Shown: positions 28,753-39,705 of the stretch, in pieces | Numbering within the stretch: the stretch's first letter is position 1 | Layout: each line of letters begins with the position of its first letter | Assembly: GCF_006345805.1 (NCBI RefSeq) | Contig: NC_043007.1 | Location: forward strand, 39,866,001-39,930,000 | DNA: 64,000 bases | Origin: Octopus sinensis | Taxonomy: Eukaryota | Reading direction: 5' to 3' | Position numbers and translations under genes: made by a program | The notes under the pieces: model-generated | What the model saw: only the letters and a program-made list of their open reading frames with translations | What the model was told of the DNA's origin: nothing | The model's database searches: none

Positions 28753-29998
28753 AGCAGTTCCGGTTGTTATTTACAGTTTTAATGTGTTAAACTGTAATAT
28801 GAGCGAAGTCAGGGGGATTGATAGGAAAATCCGTAAGCTGCTGACTTGCAATGAAATGCACCACCCAAAGGCAAACGGAGATCGTCTTTACCTACCCAGA
28901 GCTCAAGGATGTCGAGGCTTGATCCAGTTTGAAATCTCCTACAAAACCATCACATGGAATGGATGTTAGAGCTCGTTGAAAACCATGATCAAGTTAAATA
29001 GCATTTAGGAAGAGCAGTAACTGTAGTTGCAAAGAAGGTTAAATCATTAGCAAAGCAAAATGTGTTTGAACAGTTGGTTGGTAGGTGGGAACAAAAACCT
29101 CTGCTTGGAAAATATGTGGCCCGTGACAAACAAGCTGGTGTAGACCAGAAGCATACCCATCTTCGGAGCTCAGGACTAAATGCAGAGAGTGAAAGCTTTA
29201 TCTTGGCTGCCCAAGATCAGAACTTATTGACCCTGAACTATCAAGCCAATGTGGTAAAACATGGTGTAGACCCCAAATGCCGATACTGCAACGATGGGAT
29301 AGAAACTATAGACCCCCTAATCTCTGGATGTAAAGTCTTGGGACCTGTAGAGTACAAATCGAGACATGACAGAGTTGGCCAATATCTATGCTGGTTAATG
29401 TGTCGCATTATAAAATCAAAGCTGCTGACAAATGGTACAAGCACCACCCTGAGGCTGTAACTGAGTGAGAAAATGTAACTGTTCTTTGGGACTTTCGGAC
29501 AATCAAAGCAAACAAACCAGATATTATTGCGAAAGCCCAAAAGAATAAAGTCTGTTTATTAAATGATATGAGCATACCCGGTGACCATAAGAATTTGATA
29601 AGCTCAGAAAATATGAAGTTTTGTTAATCGAAATCGAAAAGATGCGACATCTAAAGACGGTTAAAATACCAATGATAGTAGGAGCACTTGGAATGATCAA
29701 AAAAGGAACTGAGAATTATTTAAGAATGATCCCTGGCTTACTATCCATACAGGAAGTGCAAAAGATTGTCTTAACTTATACGTCACACGTACTGAGAAGA
29801 GCATTGTCGCTGTGAATTCTCTTTCTATTTTTCCTCTTAATTTCTTTGTTTTCTTTTTTATTTTCGTTCTCTCTGTCTTTCTGCTTCTTTTTCTCTGTCA
29901 CATGACTTTGAAAATAGACAGTTTGATGTGTTCATTTAAATGGCCTACCAATGTATAGAGTGCGTTTCTCTACCTTAGGTGTCAGGAAGAGACTCGGC
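28753..29998 (+). pseudogene. R4/Dong LINE 3' portion, third family, with 3' UTR and (AAT)n tail
   Basis: AVPVVIYSF..MHHPKANGDRLYLPRAQGCRGLIQ; ESFILAAQDQ..CRYC..RHDRVGQYL; IPMIVGALGMIKKG..HVLRRALSL*; ends gactcggc(aat)n. Confidence 0.9.
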
Positions 29999-30010
29999 AA
30001 TAATAATAAT

Positions 30011-30890
30011 GGAATCAAACATTCAATGATGAGGAAAAAGAACAGAAAATAATATTATCGTAGGGTAAGGACAACACTCAATACAGAGCTGGGTGCAAGA
30101 AATAGGATCGAAGCGATCAATGCATTAACCATACCTGTCGTAACTTACAGTTTCAATATTATTAACTGGTCAATTACTGAAATCTGTAATCTCGACAGAA
30201 AAATATGAATATTGTGGACAACGCTTAGAATGCACCACACTAAGGCAGATATAGAACGACTTTACCGGCCAAGGAAAGAGGGTGGCCGTGGACTTTTACA
30301 ACTGGGATTAACAATTGGCCTAAACACCTACGTGAAGAACTCTGATAACTGGATGTTAAACCTTGTCTTAAAGCACGAAAACAAGAAAACATCATACTCA
30401 GTAACAAAGCAGGCAAAGAAATATCTAAGTGAATTCCAAATACAATTTTCAGAATTAGACGTACTGGAAACAAGCACAGAAAAAGCTAAGCATATGGAAA
30501 CCCGTGCTAAAACGTCTGCCTTAGATATTCTTACTGGTAAATGGCAAAAAACCACTCGATGGCAAATTCCCAAAGAGAGCTAATAATGCCGGTGTTGGCA
30601 AAGCCCTTACCTATCAATGGTTGGTGTCTTCTGGTTTAAAATCAGAGATATAATGGTTTATCATAGCAGCCCAAGATCAATGCCTCCCTACAAGAAACTA
30701 CCAGGCCAACATCTTTAAAAAAACGGCAGTAGCCCAGCATGTCATGTGTGTAAACAACAAAATGAAACCATTGATCATGTTGTCTCCATGTGCAACCTTC
30801 TTGCACGTACAGAGTATCTCAACAGGCTTGATAGAGCAGCACAGTATATTCACCGGGTAATTTGCAAAGACTTGCACGTGGCCCAAGATA
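30011..30890 (+). pseudogene. R4/Dong LINE internal fragment, fourth copy
   Basis: MHHTKADIERLYRPRKEGGRGLLQL; IIAAQDQCLPTRNY; ETIDHVVSMC. Confidence 0.88.
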
Positions 30891-30904
30891 AAGCATATTA
30901 GCTC

Positions 30905-31098
30905 ACTCCCTCCATCCAATCAACGCTGTCTGAACAGGTGCATGGTGTATCACGTGTCAGATGTCGAAGTGGTCGCACGGCAACATAAGATGGAGTGTTT
31001 TGCTCAAGAACACAACGCAATGGCCGGTCTAGGAATTGAAATCACGATCTAGCGACCGAGGATGCAACAACTACCTAACCGTGAAGCCACGCGCTCTC
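30905..31098 (-). mobile_element. Degenerate tRNA-headed SINE
   Basis: gtgttttgctcaagaacacaacgca core and a reverse tRNA head. Confidence 0.65.
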
Positions 31099-31246
31099 AC
31101 TTATATGATATATATACATATACATATTCAATTATCCGTCACTCTCATTAATCAAATACCCAACGAACACTGAGCCAGTGAAGTGTTTTACTGGCAAACA
31201 ACCAGGTGTATATTATACGATTTATTAACTAATAGTAATAATAATA

Positions 31247-31289
<43 letters not shown>

Positions 31290-31301
31290 TAATAAAAATA
31301 A

Positions 31302-31350
<49 letters not shown>

Positions 31351-31354
<4 letters not shown>

Positions 31355-31906
31355 GCCCTGATGCAGTACCAGGCAGTGGCTCTCATGCCTTCTGATCTTA
31401 ACTGATTGGAAGTGTTATCATGTACATTGTTTTGTCTTGGTATAAAAGATGGACTACAGCAAATATTCTACTCAATACCACAGATTTGCTTGTCAGTTGT
31501 TTGACCTTAACCAGTTGAGCATGTACCTTAGTGGCTCACGATATGTGCATCTCTAATCACGAGAAGAAGTAGTGGGGGAACATCATAACCGTGTGTTGAA
31601 AGGAATTCTTAGAGGTTTGGAAAATTCACCTCTAGAAACATGGGTTGTTCGTTCAACATCCTTAAACAATCTTTATTCAAGGACCTTTTGAGTGAGATGG
31701 GTTACTCGACCAGAAAGTCTTAACTGTTCCCCACCTGCAAGGTCATACGCAGGTTTATCTTGATTTGAGATCACCATGTCGCACATATATGGTTGTGATG
31801 CATGTGCCTGGTGTACCTTTATCGGACGGGTAGTCATGTTGGGTATACTGGGCTTCGTATGTTTTACCCCAGTGTCACTTTGATGGCATGCACTGCTCTC
31901 TCACTC
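31351..31906. mobile_element. ~555-bp non-coding interspersed element, copy 1, flanked by (AAT)n
   Basis: About 90% identical (estimated by eye) to 32028-32580, with the same ends (aatgccctgatgcag...cactc). Confidence 0.8.
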
Positions 31907-31962
31907 AATAATAATAATAATAATAATAACAATAATAATAATAATAATAATAATAAAAATAA

Positions 31963-32027
<65 letters not shown>

Positions 32028-32030
<3 letters not shown>

Positions 32031-32580
32031 GCCCTGATGCAGTACCAGGCAGTGGCTCTCATGGCTTCTGATCTTAACTGATTGGAAGTGTTATCATGTA
32101 CATTGTTTTGTCTTGGTATAAAAGATGGGCTACAGCAAATATTCTGCTCAATACCACAGATTTGCTTGTCAGTTGTTTGACCTTAACCAGTTGAGCATGT
32201 CCCTTAGTGGCTGACGATATGTGCATCTCTGATCACGAGCAGAGTAGTGGGGGAGCATCATAGCCATGTGTTGAGAAGGATTCTTTGGGGTTTGAATAAT
32301 TCACCTCTGAAAACATGGTGTTTCGTTCAACGTCCTTAAACAACCCTTATTCAGGGACCTTTTGAGCGGGATGGGTTACTCGATCTGAAGAATTCTAACT
32401 GGGCTCCTCCTGCAAGGTCATGTGCTGCTTATCTTGATATGAGATCACCATGTCGCGCACATATGGTTGTGATGCATGTGCCTGGTGTACCCTTATCAGA
32501 CGGGTAGTCATGATGGGTATACTGGGCTTCGTATATTTTACCCCAGTGTCACTTTGATGGCATGCTCTGCTCGCTCACTC
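32028..32580. mobile_element. ~555-bp non-coding interspersed element, copy 2, flanked by (AAT)n
   Basis: See copy 1. Confidence 0.8.
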
Positions 32581-32644
32581 AATAATAATAATATAATATA
32601 ATAATAATATTAATAATAATAATAATAATATAATAATAATATAA

Positions 32645-32715
<71 letters not shown>

Positions 32716-32745
32716 TAATATAATAATAATAATAATAATATTAAC

Positions 32746-32907
32746 GATCCTTTCTACTAAAGGTACAAGGCATGAAATTTGGTGGGAGGGAACAAGTTAG
32801 TTACATCACCTCCAATGTTTCACTGGTACTTAATTCATCGACCCCGAAAGGATGAATGGCATAGTCGACCTCGCGGAATTTGAACTCATAACGTAAGGAC
32901 GGACGAA

Positions 32908-32910
<3 letters not shown>
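32746..32910 (-). mobile_element. SINE family B whose (ATT)n tail forms the right end of the (AAT)n array
   Basis: Family B sequence in reverse, directly abutting (AAT)n 32581-32745. Confidence 0.75.
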
Positions 32911-32940
<30 letters not shown>

Positions 32941-33174
32941 TGTATGTTTGTATGTATGTATGTATGTATGCATGTATGTATGTATGGATGGATGGATGGA
33001 GATAGGAAATTAACATGCAAGTTGCTGAGCACCCTTTCACGAGCTGGCTGTTGAGTTGATCGGCTCAACTAGAAGACCCGTCATCATCAGCGACGGTATA
33101 CCATTTGGTATGTCATTCCTAACACCACTAACACCAAGGTGCCCCCACTCTTATCACCAACACCTGCAAAACAA

Positions 33175-33352
33175 TATTCTTTTCTACTCTAGGCACAAGG
33201 CCCAAAATTTTGGTGAAGGTGAGGGCAATCGATTAGATCGACCACAGTACGTACCTGGTACCTAATTTATCGACCCCGCAAGGATGAAAGGCAAAGTCGA
33301 CCTCGGCGGAATTTGAACTCAGAACCTAAAGACAGGCAAAATATCGCTAAGC
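33175..33352 (-). mobile_element. SINE family B
   Basis: Family B consensus in reverse. Confidence 0.8.
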
Positions 33353-33719
33353 ACACCAACTATCATAAAGCCAATACCCTTCCAACACCACCACCACCAC
33401 CACCACCACCACGACTACCACAAAGGACTTTGCTAGCAACATTAGACTAGTCATGTGACTTTTAAAACTTAAAGGGAAACATTTCTTTGTACCGAAAGCC
33501 TTCTAAATTTACTTAATGGCAGAATTCAATAAAAATATTCATATTAATCTTATTTCATATTATTTAATTTCAATTTTTATGGTTGCCGCTGTATGGAATG
33601 GTATGGGAATAGCTGTGTGTATGTCCGTGAATATGTCCGTGTGTTTGTCCGTGTGTCCATGTATGTGTATGTGTGTGCCTGTGCGCGTGCACGTCTGTGT
33701 GTATGTTGGTGTAATTACG

Positions 33720-33755
<36 letters not shown>

Positions 33756-33819
33756 TAGATAGATAGAGAGAGAGAGAGAGATAGACAGATATATATATAT
33801 ATATTATATATATATATAT

Positions 33820-33912
<93 letters not shown>

Positions 33913-33972
33913 ATAGATATGATTAATAGATAGATATAAATATATACGTATACATATATGTATGTATATGAT

Positions 33973-34021
<49 letters not shown>

Positions 34022-34528
34022 TCATAAATTGTGATTTGTACATACATATAAATTGCCTTTGAACCGGAGAGTTTGCATAACATTTCTGAAAATGTTTGCG
34101 TATTTGTGTGTTTGTGAAACAGAGAGGGAGTGAGAGGGAGAGAAAGGTGGGAGGGAGGGATGGAGAGATTGTATGTATCCTTGCAGGTATTAATGGATAT
34201 AGAATTATGAACATAAATCCTTCCATCCAGCCAGCCAACCAAATATATACATATGTATACACAAACACACACCACACACACACACACATACACACACACA
34301 GGAATGTATGTAGGTATGTATATATCTGTATGTATCCGTCTATATATGTATATGGGTTTGTGTTACAGCAAAAATTTGAACGCTTGACCGGGAAATCACC
34401 AATTCAAAAGAACTCAGCGCCTATTACTTGTGGAGTATATCGACTTTGTTCATCACATGAAGCCTATAGATATATAAATACTCAGATACATAGATACATC
34501 CATACTAATATATGTGTGTATGTGTATG

Positions 34529-34564
<36 letters not shown>

Positions 34565-34817
34565 ACCTTTAAGCTAGTATATAGCTTTTAAGCAATTGAC
34601 CCTCAATGGAAAGATCTGGAAACATATCTCTGACTTGTTTTGGAGAATTTGTTGCAATTGCTTCCACCAGAGTCATATCCCAATGATGGTCATATTCGTC
34701 GCTAAAAATCATGTAAAATATATTGCCGAAAACAATCGCAGGTATGAAAAATTTGGGAATCCAGAATTTCAGGATTGTAGGTCTGGATTCTGCTCGGAAT
34801 GTTTTAAATCTACTCAC

Positions 34818-34864
34818 GGATTCAGCCTGATTCCAAAATAGTATGATATGTTGGGCTACGGCCT
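34818..34864 (-). CDS. Candidate exon (EAVAQHIILFWNQAES)
   Basis: actttgctcatag acceptor and consensus GTGAGT donor; only the phase-1 frame is open, matching the phase-1 end of candidate 37081-37299. Confidence 0.3.
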
Positions 34865-34932
34865 CTATGAGCAAAGTCGAAAAAGTGTGACACTCTGACA
34901 CACTAACTTTCACATTTGATGTATTATATTAA

Positions 34933-35150
34933 GCCGGCGAGCTGGCAGTGTCGTTAGCACGAACGATGAAATGCTTAGTGACATTTCGTCTGCCGTTAGG
35001 TTTTGAGTTCGAATTCCACGTAGGTCGACTTTGCCTTTCATCTTTTCGGGGTCGATAAAATTAGTAGCAGTTACGTACTGGAGTCGATGTAATCGACTTA
35101 ATACCTGCCCCTAAAATCTGAGGTGTTGTGCTTCCAGTAGAAAGGGTTTA
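34933..35150 (+). mobile_element. SINE family B
   Basis: Family B consensus. Confidence 0.82.
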
Positions 35151-35283
35151 TTAAAGTTGAAAAAGTGTGACACACAGAAATTAGTTTTCGCATTTTTTAA
35201 ACTATATGATATAGATATATATATATATATATATATATCTATATATATATATATATAATATATATATATAATATATATCTATA

Positions 35284-35358
<75 letters not shown>

Positions 35359-35512
35359 GGATTATACATACATGCCAGAGGCATTATACATACATGCCAG
35401 AAGGCATTATACATACATGCCACACGCTAAGAGGGACAATTAGTCATTTCTACCAAAAATATTACTAATCCCACCGAATGCAATTTTTCAAAGTAAGACA
35501 TTTAAAAAATAT

Positions 35513-35560
35513 AGACCTGTATCACAGTGATTTCATACTTATGTATTCATCAGCAGGCCT
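35513..35560 (-). ncRNA. Minimal type I hammerhead ribozyme (left-arm copy)
   Basis: Exact reverse complement of 35741-35788. Confidence 0.85.
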
Positions 35561-35740
35561 GAATGTATTATAAATTTTTATTCCGAAAAAACTTTTTCCT
35601 CTCCCGAAATGCAATTCGTAAAAGGTTTGCCATTTATCCGGATGTAATATATGTAAACTCACCCATGTGCTTCGTTGATGTTGATCAGTTAGCTGATCGG
35701 CTTAAGCGGGGCAGGGTCGTTGTTTATTTATAATACATTC

Positions 35741-35788
35741 AGGCCTGCTGATGAATACATAAGTATGAAATCACTGTGATACAGGTCT
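35741..35788 (+). ncRNA. Minimal type I hammerhead ribozyme (right-arm copy)
   Basis: Stem I AGGCCTG/CAGGTCT; core CTGATGA; stem II ATAC-ATAA-GTAT; GAAA; stem III ATCAC-T-GTGAT; AUA cleavage triplet after 35781. Confidence 0.88.
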
Positions 35789-36114
35789 ATATTTTTTAAA
35801 TGTCTTACTTTGAAAAATTGCATTCGGTGGGATTAGTAATATTTTTGGTAGAAATGACTAATTGTCCCTCTTAGCGTGTGGCATGTATGTATAATGCCTT
35901 CTGGCATGTATGTATAATGCCCTCTATATATAAATTAATATGTTCAATAAGAAATAATTATTTTCGAAATTTTTTCTCTTATGGAGGTTTTCACGCTATC
36001 TACCTGACATTTTTGTTAAGTTTTCCTTATTAAGTAGTTGTCCTTAATTGCTATATATATATATATATATATATGCATATACACATATCTACATATGTAT
36101 GTATATATACATAT

Positions 36115-36144
<30 letters not shown>

Positions 36145-36146
<2 letters not shown>

Positions 36147-36508
36147 GGCCCAGTGGTTAGTACAGTGAACTCGCAGTCGGAGGACCGCAGTTTCGATTCC
36201 CAGACTAGGTGTTCTGAGTGTTTATTGAGCGAAGTATTTAAAGCTCCACGAGGCTCCGACAGGGGCTGGTTGCGAACCCTGCTGTACTTTTCACCCCAAC
36301 TTACTCTCACCCTTTCTTCTTGTTTTTCTTGTACCTGAATTTCAAAGCGCCGGCCTTGTCACACTCTGCATCGCGCTGAATCTCCCCGAGAACTACGTAA
36401 AGGGTACATGTGTCTGTAGGGTGCTCAGTCACTTGCACGTAAATTTCACGAGCAGGTTGTTCCGTTGATCGGATCAACTAGAACCCTCATAGTCGTGACC
36501 GACGGAGG
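36145..36508 (+). mobile_element. SINE family A inserted in (TA)n
   Basis: Colinear with 9577-9956. Confidence 0.9.
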
Positions 36509-36751
36509 TTCACTATATATATTTATATATATATATATATATATATAAGTAGGTGAATGAATTATCCTAGTATGGACAATTCGGTTAACCGATACCCGGG
36601 TAGCAAATTCACGTTAGAAAACACGGTTGAAGCTACATGCTAGGGGCAGAAATCACGTGTTTTCGTGCGGAAATTTGTGCGCTTTTTTAACTAAAAATAA
36701 GTGAAAGAATGGACGTCGTTCGACTCCATTCTTTCACTTATTATATATATA

Positions 36752-36818
<67 letters not shown>

Positions 36819-37080
36819 GCTTCAATCTGGAACCGGAAACCATGGTATACCTCTACTAAATAGTCATAATTCATTCGGACATCACTCGAACAGTAGTGGC
36901 CTGCATTCAAACTAGGGTGTTCTGACGATGCTGATTTGTCTGCATTTCAACAATGCTGTAAGTATGGAGGCCACGAGTTTGATGTTACATGATCCTAAAT
37001 ATTGTCTGACATTCTACTCTTATGAGTCTCGTTGAAACACGTCTTTTTGAGTAGATGTGAGTTGGTATGACATTCCTTAC

Positions 37081-37299
37081 CCTTCAAAGTTGTTGGAAAC
37101 TCAGTGTGCATCACTCTGGGGACGTAAGAAAGATCATAACATAACCAGCCGTCATTTTTCCTCTTATAGGTGTCCTTCTCGTCAGAAAGGAACCAACCAG
37201 TTGGCATGCAGCCAACGGTGTTCCTGTGTGTTTCCAGACATGAATTGGCCTCTCCTTGATATATATGACATGCATCGAACATTCTCATGTAACACAGTT
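37081..37299 (-). CDS. Candidate exon (..CHIYQGEANSCLETHRNTVGCMPTGWFLSDEKDTYKRKNDGWLCYDLSYVPRVMHTEFPTTLK)
   Basis: Non-repetitive, more GC-rich island; open frame; strong AAGG|GTAAGG donor but poor acceptor; no homology recognised. Confidence 0.3.
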
Positions 37300-38576
37300 C
37301 TCAGAGTCATCTCCGACCGTTGAAATTTTTCTGCAATGGTCCTCATTAATTTTCCAAGTTCATCATAAATAATTAGACGAAATTCAAAATGCTTTGTTTT
37401 TTCTCTTTCTTACAGCGGAAATTCCATTCCTGCCAGAATCTTTCAATTCTATCCGAACTTCCTGTACAAAATATCTCGCATATTCAGAGGGTTGACAATT
37501 TTTAAATCGCTGTGTTCCTCACATACGGCGACAATGACGGCATGACTTTTTATTTTTTGTTTCAGCAAATTATCCGCTATGCTAATAGCGGATAATATTT
37601 CTGAAAGAAATTTTAAAAAATCTGAATTGAATTGAAGAGAGTAATACACTAATAAGTAAAAAAGTCCTCAGATACACCTCGCTCACTGTGTATACATGTA
37701 TGCATGTTATACATTTACAAGCATGTATGCATATATGTGTATATATAGATGTATACATACATGCATACTTATATACCCACACACATACACACACATATAT
37801 AATACAGTTTATATTTAAACACATAAGAGGTGTCCGTCATAGGACTCCCTTACGCTAGAAGGAACAGCTAAATTCCAAACCACTAATAGGGATAACATTT
37901 CGAAGGGAATGAAAAATAAAAACATTTACCATCTATTTCCTGGACCATGGTTTCTGACTTTTTTTAGCAAATAAAATAATTTGCTAGGCGAAGTCTTCGT
38001 CAACAGGTACGCCAAAATTAAACATATAAGTACGAAGTTAATCCAGCATGTGTCTCTTGCCTATACATTATAATTTTTCAAATCCACCGCGCAAGCGCAG
38101 TTTTTTGTCCGCAGCCAAGAAAACAAATGCCGGCAATTTCTTCGAATAATTTTCCAGAAATCAATATACATAATATATATATATGATGGTAATACCCACA
38201 TAGCGGCTACGCTTTCTCTTTATCATGTGTCAATACGGTTTGTCGCTGAAATAGAGACTTGAACTGTTTCGTCCGGAATGCAACAATGCAAAACACAAAA
38301 CGAATTCAAGTCGTACGACTGAGAACACGGAAGGCAAAATCATGAAACTGGGGTAAAGAGTTAAAGAAAACTCGAGTATTTACAATAAAGAAGTTTCGAA
38401 AAGACAGAAGTGAACACAAATTATTGCTATCAAAGAGAGTGATTAGCAAAAAAAAATCAGTTTAAATATAAACTGAGACATCAAGAAATATTAACTGAGG
38501 GAATAGTGCAAAATTCACAGGCATGAAGGACGGTAGCAAGTAGTGGGGTGAAGCAACAGAAGTAAGTAGAATATAT

Positions 38577-38765
38577 ACGAGGGGTGAGGTAAAAAGTTCC
38601 TGGCTTTGGGTTAAAGTGAATGCAAGAGGAACAGCTAATTATTTTATTCAGCATATTCCCCTCTCAGATTCTTGCACTTATTGCAGCGGTCTTTCCGTTT
38701 TTCTAAGATATGTAGAAGAACTCAGAAGGTTGGGCTTCCAACCAAACATTTCGTAATACCCTTAA
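38577..38765 (-). mobile_element. Mariner terminal fragment (TIR plus transposase C-terminus)
   Basis: TACGAGGGG..AAAAAGTTCC TIR-like end; WLEAQPSEFF and DRCNKCKNLRGEYAE translations. Confidence 0.75.
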
Positions 38766-38854
38766 AGTCAGGAATTTATCAACACCCCCTAGTAAATGTC
38801 GGATATAAACCAGTACTCCGCAACCATTTTCATTTGCGGTACACTTTATAGTCT

Positions 38855-38997
38855 TTTGAAAGTTCGGCGGCACACTTGACCCAAAAATATAACTAAAACA
38901 ATAGGGAAAAAAATTGTATTTGGGTTGCACTGCGGCACACTTAGCAGCGTCTCACGGTACACAAGTGTGCTGCGGCATACCGGTAGTGCAACACTGA
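38855..38997 (+). mobile_element. hAT-like MITE end
   Basis: Repeated gcggcacac subterminal motifs ending in caacactg. Confidence 0.5.
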
Positions 38998-39233
38998 TAT
39001 AAACCATAAAAAATATAGTATAAGTGAATTCTGGTTACCTAAGCAACTGACATATCGGTGCTTACTAATTGACATTACTACCAGCAAGTAACTATAAACC
39101 GGAAGGAAATCTTTCAAGAAAGCAAAAATCTAGTTTGCTGTACTTGTCTTGAAATGACAGTGAAATTCAAAATTTCAGTGAATTTTAGGGTTTAGTGTCA
39201 ACAATTATTGACTAAAAATTAGCTAACATTTAA

Positions 39234-39705
39234 GTTAAGACTCTACTCCCTGGAAAGAAGACGGGAGAGGTATGCAGTAATATACATCTGGAAAATCCAG
39301 GAAGGAATTGTGCCAAATGTTGGCATTGAAAGCTACACCAATGCCAGAACGGGACGACACTGCATAGTGCCAAAGTTCCCAGCAATGCCATCACGCTTCA
39401 GTACCAGTTACTGCAACAGCCTGGGTTTCAAGGGCCCACAGCTTTTTAATATTCTCTCAAAGAGTCTGAGGAACTTGTACAAAATAGATGTAGGGGTTTT
39501 TAAATCAAAGCTGGATCTCTTCCAGTCGAGAGTCCCAGATGAAACTACGTCACAGCAAGAGGTGCAAATGAGGGTAGCTATATCAAACTCCATTCTTCAC
39601 CAAGTGCCACATATTAGAGGAGGCTCTTAGTAATAACAGTGTAGCAAAATGGTGGTGCATCAGCATGGCCACAGCTCTGAGCTGAAACTAGAGAAGAAAA
39701 TAACA
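39234..39705 (+). pseudogene. CR1/L2-group LINE 3' end (post-RT C-terminus plus 3' tail)
   Basis: LRLYSLERRRERYAVIYIWKIQEGIVPN..FKGPQLFNILSKSLRNL..VFKSKLDLFQSRVPDE, a typical CR1-group C-terminus. Confidence 0.85.

Larger units (their letters stand above)
35355..36051. mobile_element. Palindromic Penelope-like/retrozyme-like element between (TA)n/(GA)n tracts
   Basis: Inverted arms 35377-35575 and 35726-35925, essentially identical, with a 150-bp spacer; right side extends to 36051; same family as 57855-58128. Confidence 0.8.

Noticed and set aside
34569-34913. 114-aa minus-strand ORF as a complete gene or transposase
   Set aside because: No recognisable motifs; only the 47-nt portion with good splice sites was kept as a weak candidate
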